Shown piece by piece: positions 1-5,015 of a stretch of 5,874 bases of DNA. The DNA is from an uncultured archaeon (lineage in GTDB: Archaea; Iainarchaeota; Iainarchaeia; Iainarchaeales; CSSED10-239): the NCBI GenBank assembly GCA_964591795.1, contig CAZQEL010000031.1:1-5874 (forward strand), given 5' to 3'. A program made the position numbers and the translations under genes. A model generated the notes under the pieces. It was given only the letters and a program-made list of their open reading frames with translations, was not told the DNA's origin and did no database searches. Each line of letters opens with the position of its first letter. Position 1 is the stretch's first letter.

Positions 1-419
1 TCGCCACTATCATCTTCATCAGACCATCTTTCAAAATACTCTCCACTTAATGCAATACCTCCATAAAACCCCGCAGTTAAAAAAAGTTTTCCATCACCTA
101 AATCAAATTTATAACCTAAATTTGCAGGTAGTTCAATATATGTAAATTTCAATATTCTTGTACTTTTATAATCTTCATCTTTGTATATTTCTTTATCTCC
201 TTTACCACTCAATAATAAACCTGATTGAAAAAATAACTTATCTGAAAATGAATAATCTAAGATGCCCCCTAAAGAAAGCGATAATCTTGAATCAGATAGT
301 TCGTAAGAGTCCTTTTCTAAATTTGCAATGTTGATACCTAATTTTGGACCAATTCTAACCTGTGAAAATGAAATAGAAACTAATAATAAAGCAACTGGTA
401 ATAAAATAATTTTTTTCAT
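1..419 (-). CDS. Outer-membrane beta-barrel protein (porin-family / OMP_b-brl_2-like). N-terminal ~139 aa only; the 3' end runs off the window.
   Basis: ATG at 417-419 (minus), with an uninterrupted frame to the window edge (hand-translated; absent from the ORF track because no stop is in the window). The translation begins MKKIILLPVALLLVSISFSQVRIGPKLGINIANLEKDSYELSDSRLSLSLGGILDYSFSDKLFFQSGLLLSGKG...KFTYIELPANLGYKFDLGDGKLFLTAGFYGGIALSG. It has a signal peptide ending SFSQ, then alternating amphipathic strands, including the YIELPANLGYKF and LTAGFYGG segments typical of Bacteroidota porin-family proteins. Confidence 0.75.
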   Translation of the reverse strand, partial: MKKIILLPVALLLVSISFSQVRIGPKLGINIANLEKDSYELSDSRLSLSLGGILDYSFSDKLFFQSGLLLSGKGDKEIYKDEDYKSTRILKFTYIELPANLGYKFDLGDGKLFLTAGFYGGIALSGEYFERWSDEDDSG

Positions 420-520
420 AATTTTTAAATTTATCCACCCCAGCCACAAGGATGGGTAAGTTAATTAAAGGGAACGTGAGGCTTTAACTTCAATCTATTT
501 TTTCAAAACTGAAGCTAACG
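420..520 (-). promoter_or_regulatory. Upstream/leader region of the OMP gene, with four blocks shared with the PKD-gene upstream region.
   Basis: The blocks, in plus-strand coordinates and sequence, are: AATTTTTAAATTT abutting the ATG (420-432), AGTTAATTAAA (459-469), AACGTGAG (473-480) and AAGCTAACG (512-520). The same four blocks occur in the same order at 1587-1599, 1623-1633, 1714-1721 and 1778-1786. Confidence 0.45.
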
Positions 521-629
521 TTTCTTTTTTATTTTATTCTTTTTCTATTTTTTAGGTTGATAACCCCTAAATTGTTTTTGATTATTATTTAACTTAATTC
601 AATTAATGTTTTTAATAGGTCATTCATAT

Positions 630-1586
630 TTATTGGGTACTGTATTTAACTTTAATATTATCAAAAAGACATCTTGTATCGCCACTGGTTAATCTTACAT
701 ATTTTAGCTGTAATTCTTCGTTAATAGCATTATCATTTTCTTGGTGTACAAGTTGCCCATTAATGTAATATTTTAATTCAACTATACTTTCTGATATTTT
801 ATAATCAATTTTTCCTTTAATCCATTCGTTTGCATTAAAACCACCAATTACTGTTTTAGACGGATAACAAGTAATGTCATTATTAGTTTCAAATCTAATA
901 AAATTTCTACCATAACCTGATGTCCAGCTTGTATTTGATTTAATTCCGAAAGAACCAAAACAATTATGATTTCCCACTTGACCCTCTCCTGTAAACAAAT
1001 ATTCAAATTCAAACTGGTAATGTTGATAACTATTATCATATTCTCTATAATTAATACCTTCCCAATTACCCCCGCTAATTCCTTGTATTGAAAAAGAATA
1101 GGGATAAGAAGAATAATCATCATTAGTTACATAACTATCATCACCATTGCCTGATGCTTCCCAATTACTTGGTAAAATATTTAACTGATAACTATTAAAA
1201 TTATCAAACCATAAAGTTGAGTAGCTAATATTTTCGGGATTAACATTAATATAATTTATTTTAGTTTCTGTATCTGAACCATAATCATTTGTAGTATTTA
1301 ATGAAATAGTATATGTGCCTGTTGAATTATAGGTATGTGCGGGATTTTGTTGGGTACTTATACCCCCATCTCCAAAATTCCATGACCAAATTGTAGGTGA
1401 ATTAGTTGATTGGTCAGTGAAACTAATTGTCTCCCCTTCTGTTATTATTGTTTTGTTAGATGTAAATGCAGTAACTGGTTCATATCCTTTATTTTCTTCA
1501 TCTTTTTTGCAACTATTTTGAAATACAATTATGCTACTAAAAAAGCAATAAAATATTAATGCTAAAAATTTTTGTTTTGTTTTCAT
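630..1586 (-). CDS. Lipoprotein with an N-terminal PKD domain and a C-terminal beta-rich (LamG/concanavalin-like?) domain.
   Basis: 318-aa ORF with a TAA stop at 630-632. The N-terminus MKTKQKFLALIFYCFFSSIIVFQNSC is a signal peptide plus lipobox Cys26 (codon 1509-1511), followed by KKDEE. The PKD hallmark is present: ISFTDQSTNSPTIWSWNFGDGGISTQQNPAHTYNSTGTYTISL. The C-terminal ~200 aa are Y/N/G/F-rich and end CLFDNIKVKY, which is jelly-roll-like; this is the weaker call. Confidence 0.85.
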   Translation of the reverse strand: MKTKQKFLALIFYCFFSSIIVFQNSCKKDEENKGYEPVTAFTSNKTIITEGETISFTDQSTNSPTIWSWNFGDGGISTQQNPAHTYNSTGTYTISLNTTNDYGSDTETKINYINVNPENISYSTLWFDNFNSYQLNILPSNWEASGNGDDSYVTNDDYSSYPYSFSIQGISGGNWEGINYREYDNSYQHYQFEFEYLFTGEGQVGNHNCFGSFGIKSNTSWTSGYGRNFIRFETNNDITCYPSKTVIGGFNANEWIKGKIDYKISESIVELKYYINGQLVHQENDNAINEELQLKYVRLTSGDTRCLFDNIKVKYSTQ

Positions 1587-1786
1587 AATTTTAAATTTTT
1601 GTTTTGCTCCAATCCCAAAAGCAGTTAATTAAAATAAAAAAGCGTGGAACTGTAGCTTATCCATTTCAAAGGTACTGTCATACCCAATGCCTAAACAAGT
1701 CAGCCCACGCTGTAACGTGAGCGTCATACTTATTATTCTAGGCATTTAAAAATTGACAGTTTTTGAAATGAAAATAAAAGCTAACG
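1587..1786 (-). promoter_or_regulatory. Upstream/leader region of the PKD lipoprotein gene (same four blocks as 420-520, plus the inserted segment).
   Basis: See the previous feature for the blocks. The order and orientation relative to the downstream (minus-strand) ATG are conserved. Confidence 0.45.
1641..1711. other. 71-nt GC-enriched segment bounded by a 7-bp inverted repeat. It is present in the PKD-gene upstream region and absent from the homologous OMP-gene upstream region.
   Basis: AGCGTGG (1641-1647) and CCACGCT (1705-1711) are perfect inverted repeats. The segment sits exactly between two blocks (AGTTAATTAAA and AACGTGAG). Those blocks are only 3 nt apart at 459-480 but 80 nt apart here. 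Confidence 0.5.
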
Positions 1787-1914
1787 CTTTTTATATTGTT
1801 TAAAAATTAATTGTTAATTTGGATAATTCCTCCTTTCTATTTTTAAGGTTTATAATTTGCAAATATAATAATTTTTGTAATATACAAATTTTTTTAAGAA
1901 TTTTTTTTGTTTTT

Positions 1915-1998
1915 GTGTGGGTAAGAAATAGCTCTTTTGGTTTTTCAAGGGTTGGGTTTTGCGTGTTAGCAAAAATCAAATGTGCTATTTGTGGGTTG
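1915..1998 (+). repeat. Intergenic G/T-rich repeat, copy C1 (most divergent).
   Basis: The sequence gtgtgggtaagaaatagctcttttggtttttcaagggttgggttttgcgtgttagcaaaaatcaaatgtgctatttgtgggttg aligns box-for-box with C2-C4: GTGGG-TAAG box, T-rich arm, G/T-rich loop, GTTAGCAAAAA-TCAAATGTG, then a GT-rich tail. The hairpin arms are 1936-1945 / 1971-1980 (10 bp including one G-T, i.e. G-U, pair). Confidence 0.65.
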
Positions 1999-2159
1999 TT
2001 TTTTGTATGAAATTTAATATTGAGATAAAAAATGGTTGCGGTTTTAATGGTATTTATTTTCTATAAAAAATAAAGATAATAAATTGCTTTAATTTTTTAA
2101 ATTATTACTTCTGTAGCAATTATTTTTTGTTTTTTATTTAAAATTAATCGTTTTTTATT

Positions 2160-2187
2160 TTGATTTTAAAAATATTGTGTATTTTTG
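2160..2187 (+). promoter_or_regulatory. Candidate Bacteroidota-type promoter for the OmpA-like gene.
   Basis: TATTTTTG (2180-2187) fits TAnnTTTG, and a TTG sits at 2160-2162. It lies ~25 nt upstream of ATG 2211. The surrounding DNA is so AT-rich that a chance match is plausible. Confidence 0.3.
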
Positions 2188-2210
2188 CTGTCTAATAAAT
2201 AAACAAAAAA

Positions 2211-3353
2211 ATGAAATCAATTATAGTGTCTTATACTCTGTCCTTTTTATTGGTGTGCAATTATTCTTTTGCACAAAACAATAAATGTGAATTTAAAGAA
2301 GGAGAATACAAACTTAAAGAATTGAGAAATTATATACATTCATATTATAAGAAAATAGATAATGAAATTAATTGTAAAAAGATAATTAATTATTACAATT
2401 GTTATAGTAAGTTTTTAACTGAATATGAAAAGAAGAAACCTATTATAAGTTTTAGAAATGAAGAAAATAGGAAAGAAATTAATTTCAATAAACTCAAAAA
2501 GAAAAAAGATATTTCAAGCAAAAACATAGAAAATATTAAAGAGAAATATTATAAAGCTGTTGAAGATTGTAAACCCCCTCATATAGACACTCTACATATA
2601 CCTGTAGATACATCAAAAACTCTCACAGACGTCAGAAAATCAAGCGCATTTAAACTTAAAAAAGCAAGACAAATAATTAAATCAATTAAAGAAGGACAAT
2701 ATGTCAAAACTGAGGAGATTCGTCAAATAGGAACAGACTTATATGTAGATTTAGCTTATTTTTTAAAAGACGAGTTTCCACCAGGTTATCATATTTTCCC
2801 TGATTATTCTCAAAAGGGTTTAAGAGAATTATTGTTGGTGTTTAAAGATTTTTTAAAAGAGAATGAAAGTAAAGGGATTTATGAATCAGCGATTGTTGTT
2901 AACATAACAGGATATGCAGATAGTATTCCTGTAGGAAATGATTTGAAATACAAGGGATTTACAGAAGATGTTAAAGATTGTAAACCTATAAAAGAAAATT
3001 ATTATTTGCTTGATGATTTTAATGATACACTTCCCGAATATAAAGATAAGTCCAATATTGAATGTGGTAAAAATATAAAAAATAATGAGGAACTATCATT
3101 AACTCGAACAATACATCCAAGAAATATTATTAAAGAAGTTTTAACCTTGTCTGAAATTAATTTATATACTTTACCCTCTCCGCATGGAGGAGGTCTTTAT
3201 AGAAGGGTTGAAATACAATATCTCGTGCCTGATTATTTTTTACCTGAAATGGAGGGCGTTTCAGACAAAGATAAGAAAAGATTTAATGAAGCATCTAAAA
3301 GTGAAATTGAACAAAATTTTAAAATATTTAGATTAGCAAAAAATAAAAAGTAA
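2211..3353 (+). CDS. Secreted Lys/Glu/Asn-rich protein with a divergent OmpA/MotB-like C-terminal domain.
   Basis: 380-aa ORF with a TAA stop. The signal peptide MKSIIVSYTLSFLLVCNYSFAQ is followed by a charged, low-complexity N-terminal half. The C-terminal region (approx. nt 2890-3230) carries ITGYADSIPVG ... NNEELSLTRT ... LYRRVEIQYLV. These follow the order of the OmpA_C motifs (GxTDxxG / NxxLSxxRA / NRRVEI), but with a ~50-aa insertion and substitutions. The A-rich, SD-less leader (aaacaaaaaaATG) is typical of Bacteroidota. Confidence 0.7.
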   Translation: MKSIIVSYTLSFLLVCNYSFAQNNKCEFKEGEYKLKELRNYIHSYYKKIDNEINCKKIINYYNCYSKFLTEYEKKKPIISFRNEENRKEINFNKLKKKKDISSKNIENIKEKYYKAVEDCKPPHIDTLHIPVDTSKTLTDVRKSSAFKLKKARQIIKSIKEGQYVKTEEIRQIGTDLYVDLAYFLKDEFPPGYHIFPDYSQKGLRELLLVFKDFLKENESKGIYESAIVVNITGYADSIPVGNDLKYKGFTEDVKDCKPIKENYYLLDDFNDTLPEYKDKSNIECGKNIKNNEELSLTRTIHPRNIIKEVLTLSEINLYTLPSPHGGGLYRRVEIQYLVPDYFLPEMEGVSDKDKKRFNEASKSEIEQNFKIFRLAKNKK

Positions 3354-3397
3354 TATAAATTTTTTCAATTGCTATTAATATTTTTTACTAAAAGTTT

Positions 3398-4336
3398 TTA
3401 ATTATTCTCATCTTTATAAAAAAAATCATTTTTGAATTCTTTAGCCTTTTTAAAATCAGCATTAGCTTTTTCAAAATTCCCTATTCTTTCATATGTGACC
3501 CCTCTACAATAATAAGCTTCGGAGAAGTTTGATTCTAATTCTATTGCCTTACTAAAGTTCTCAATAGCAGCAGCATAATCTTTTTTGTAAAAAAAAGGGT
3601 GTCCCCTATTACGATAAGTTTCAGAAGAGTTTGGATTTAATTCTATTGATTTATTATAATCTTTAATAGCCAAATCATAATTTTTATTTTTTTCTTCCCA
3701 CTTCCCTCTATCTGCATATGCAATAGCAATTAATTCTTGTTTTGTTAAATTTTTCATATAAAGGTTCTTTTCGATAGACTCTCTTTGGATAGTTAGCAAC
3801 CCAATATAATCTTTGTCAGAATATAATTCATTTTCAGTTGTCTCCCAATTAAAATCTCCCTTATTCACAATATCTGTACTTTCTAAACTACCATATCTTA
3901 TAAACATGTGACCTGGTGCTCTAACACCAAAAAGATTTAAATTAAATTTTTCTCCAACTGCCAAATAAATAAATGACATATCACTACAATCAAATTTATG
4001 TATTTCGTACTCAAGTCCTAAATTATTAATTTCTCTATGGGTTGTTTTTAATATTTCAATGACTTCCTCTTTAGAATATTTCTCTTTTTTATTGTATTGT
4101 TTTTCAACATTTTCAATTATTTTTTCTAATTTATTTACATCATGAAAGTTATTTTCAGAATCTTTCATAATTTCATACATAAAATGTGTTGTAGTAGGAT
4201 ATTTTTCTGTTTCATTCATAACTGAATCTACAAACGCAGATTTGTTTTGTCCTTTTTCTTGTGTTTGAGAATATCCTAATAAAGAACTAACTAGAAAAGT
4301 TCCTGCAATTACTGGTAACTTCCAGTTAAATCTCAT
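3398..4336 (-). CDS. Secreted transglutaminase-like (Transglut_core2 / SirB1-type) protein with C-terminal TPR repeats.
   Basis: 312-aa ORF with a TAA stop. The N-terminus MRFNWKLPVIAGTFLVSSLLGYSQ is signal-like. FDCSDMSFIYLAVGEKFNLNLFGVRAPGHMFIRY (approx. nt 3890-4000) matches the Cys...PGH core of transglutaminase-like proteins that are fused to TPRs. The C-terminal ~110 aa (approx. nt 3410-3730) show three TPR-like units: YDLAIKDYNKSIELNPN, YAAAIENFSKAIELESN and FEKANADFKKAKEF. Confidence 0.8.
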   Translation of the reverse strand: MRFNWKLPVIAGTFLVSSLLGYSQTQEKGQNKSAFVDSVMNETEKYPTTTHFMYEIMKDSENNFHDVNKLEKIIENVEKQYNKKEKYSKEEVIEILKTTHREINNLGLEYEIHKFDCSDMSFIYLAVGEKFNLNLFGVRAPGHMFIRYGSLESTDIVNKGDFNWETTENELYSDKDYIGLLTIQRESIEKNLYMKNLTKQELIAIAYADRGKWEEKNKNYDLAIKDYNKSIELNPNSSETYRNRGHPFFYKKDYAAAIENFSKAIELESNFSEAYYCRGVTYERIGNFEKANADFKKAKEFKNDFFYKDENN

Positions 4337-4338
4337 CC

Positions 4339-4376
4339 AAGTAGGATGATTTTTTTATTTAAAAAACTTCCTACTT
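4339..4376 (-). promoter_or_regulatory. 5'-leader hairpin abutting the start codon of the transglutaminase/TPR gene.
   Basis: AAGTAGGA (4339-4346) is the exact reverse complement of TCCTACTT (4369-4376). The interior can extend the stem through T-run/A-run pairing (4350-4354 with 4361-4365). On the minus-strand mRNA the stem ends 2 nt before the AUG (4336-4334). Confidence 0.5.
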
Positions 4377-4400
4377 ATAAACTACTATAAAATGGTATAT

Positions 4401-4417
4401 GTCTTGTGTGGCAAATC
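4401..4417 (+). repeat. Partial copy (tail box only) of the same repeat family.
   Basis: gtcttgtgtggcaaatc resembles the 3' tail box of C3 (tttgtgtgtgttagcaaaag) and C4 (tttgtgtgttggcaagc). It lies ~60 nt upstream of C2 in the same orientation. Confidence 0.4.
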
Positions 4418-4475
4418 GTAAATCAAAAATCGTTAATCCTTGTTCTTAAACCAATCTCTTGAAAAGTCAGTTTGA

Positions 4476-4557
4476 GCGTGGGATAAGTTCTTTTCAATTT
4501 TTTAGTGTTGTAAGTGAGTTGGCAAAAATTGAAATGGGCTTGATAGGGTGGGCAAAT
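4476..4557 (+). repeat. Intergenic G/T-rich repeat, copy C2 (first of a tandem pair).
   Basis: The sequence is gcgtgggataagttcttttcaattttttagtgttgtaagtgagttggcaaaaattgaaatgggcttgatagggtgggcaaat. Nt 4484-4505 are identical to 5562-5583 (22 nt). The hairpin arms are 4492-4502 / 4524-4534 (11 perfect bp). Confidence 0.8.
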
Positions 4558-4596
4558 AATAAGTATTAATTATCATTTTTAACTAAAATAGTTTAA

Positions 4597-4687
4597 GCGT
4601 AGGCAAAAACAAACTCTTTCAAATTTTTTAGCGAGGTGGGGCTGAGTTAAGCAAAAATTTGAATGTGTTTGTGTGTGTTAGCAAAAG
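4597..4687 (+). repeat. Intergenic G/T-rich repeat, copy C3 (second of the tandem pair, 121 nt after C2).
   Basis: The sequence is gcgtaggcaaaaacaaactctttcaaattttttagcgaggtggggctgagttaagcaaaaatttgaatgtgtttgtgtgtgttagcaaaag. Nt 4654-4676 are identical to 5604-5626 (23 nt). The hairpin arms are 4618-4628 / 4653-4663 (11 perfect bp). Confidence 0.8.
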
Positions 4688-4714
4688 TCCGCAGAAAGAT
4701 TTTTTACTTTTTTC

Positions 4715-4745
4715 TTGACTTTACATTTTTTATTTTGTATATTTG
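4715..4745 (+). promoter_or_regulatory. Promoter for the 69-aa ORF.
   Basis: TTGACT (4715-4720), an exactly 17-nt spacer, then TATATT (4738-4743) is near the sigma70 consensus. The same TATATTTG (4738-4745) also fits the Bacteroidota -7 motif TAnnTTTG, with a TTG ~20 nt upstream. It lies ~45 nt upstream of the ATG. Confidence 0.6.
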
Positions 4746-4780
4746 TCGCTTAATTCAATTAGTGTTTAACTTTTAAAATA

Positions 4781-4786
4781 GGAGGT
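4781..4786 (+). promoter_or_regulatory. Shine-Dalgarno sequence (GGAGGT).
   Basis: GGAGG ends 5 nt before ATG 4791. It is the only strong SD in the window; every other gene here has an A/T-rich leader without an SD. Confidence 0.65.
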
Positions 4787-4790
4787 AGCT

Positions 4791-5000
4791 ATGTCTGAAA
4801 ATATTAAATTTGGAAAAATTTTTTCTAGTAAAACAGGTATTGGAGCAACTTCGCAAGGGGTGGGAAATAAAGAAGTAGAATCACACTTCACCTTTGATAA
4901 AAACAAAGGTTTTCATGTATCAACTTATTTGAATGATTATTTGATGTCTAATTTAGAGAAAACTAATCAAAAAATAAAAGTGAATCAAACTAATTTTTAA
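4791..5000 (+). CDS. Hypothetical small protein (69 aa), apparently a monocistronic unit.
   Basis: The ORF is MSENIKFGKIFSSKTGIGATSQGVGNKEVESHFTFDKNKGFHVSTYLNDYLMSNLEKTNQKIKVNQTNF. It is preceded by GGAGG (4781-4785) 5 nt before the ATG and by a TTGACT-N17-TATATT promoter. A hairpin plus T-run terminator follows ~15 nt after the TAA stop. It has no signal peptide and I recognise no family. Confidence 0.6.
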   Translation: MSENIKFGKIFSSKTGIGATSQGVGNKEVESHFTFDKNKGFHVSTYLNDYLMSNLEKTNQKIKVNQTNF

Positions 5001-5015
5001 AAAATAATTTTAAAG

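Noticed and set aside
431-439. DnaA-box-like TTATCCACC (8/9 match to TTATCCACA), with related TTATCCA at 1658-1664 and GGGATAAG at 4480-4487; possible replication origin.
   Set aside because: There is only one near-consensus box. There is no cluster of boxes with consistent spacing, no dnaA/dnaN neighbourhood, and the related sequences are parts of the repeat elements. This is insufficient to call oriC.
552-580. Hairpin TTAGG...CCTAA (552-556 / 566-570) as a terminator for the PKD gene.
   Set aside because: The T-rich tract follows the stem only on the plus strand, whereas the gene to be terminated is on the minus strand, where an A-run follows. The stem is only 5 bp.
848-1123. 91-aa minus-strand ORF nested inside the PKD lipoprotein gene.
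   Set aside because: It is on the same strand but in another frame of a CDS that has clear domain signatures. It is a low-complexity I/L-rich product of AT-rich sequence.
1641-1711. Possible tRNA: a 71-nt segment closed by a 7-bp stem (acceptor-stem-like).
   Set aside because: On neither strand could I place D, anticodon and T arms. There is no GTTCRANYC-type T-loop and no 4-bp D-stem at the expected offsets.
1819-2010. 63-aa ORF from the six-frame track (MDNSSFLFLRFIICKYNNF...).
   Set aside because: It has a non-ATG (TTG) start. Its F/I/V/C-rich composition is what T-rich non-coding DNA yields on translation. It runs straight through repeat copy C1 and has no RBS or promoter context. It is most likely spurious.
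3354-3397. Bidirectional terminator between the convergent OmpA-like and TPR genes.
   Set aside because: Only weak A/T pairings are present (AGTAA 3349-3353 with TTACT 3385-3389, and a central CAATTG palindrome). There is no G/C-containing stem followed by a T-run on either strand, so I could not support a call.
4525-4532. AAAATTGA (the Mimivirus early-promoter octamer) inside C2, AT-rich intergenic hairpins and an eRF1-like gene together suggested a giant-virus fragment.
   Set aside because: The exact octamer occurs in only one copy. The neighbouring genes carry bacterial signal and lipoprotein signals, OM beta-barrel and OmpA-like features, an SD, a sigma70-type promoter and an intrinsic terminator. 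A viral origin remains a minor alternative in the aRF1 finding.
4534-4569. A conserved mini-ORF starts at the ATG in the 3' hairpin arm of every repeat copy: C1 1980 MCYLWVVFC..., C2 4534 MGLIGWANNKY*, C3 4663 MCLCVLAK..., C4 5613 MCLCVGKLA*. Possible Cys-rich leader peptide.
   Set aside because: Peptide similarity is confined to the nucleotide-conserved GT tract. Lengths vary from 9 to 37 codons and the sequences diverge immediately afterwards. The C3 version reads through the downstream promoter. It is worth revisiting only if ribosome profiling shows initiation there.
4476-4687. CRISPR array or plasmid iterons as an explanation for the tandem C2/C3 units.
   Set aside because: There are only two units, with a 121-nt period. 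The units are ~80-90 nt and only partly identical, with no short identical repeats alternating with unique spacers. No cas or rep genes are in the window. The internal box spacing (about 30-48 nt) is irregular, unlike iterons.
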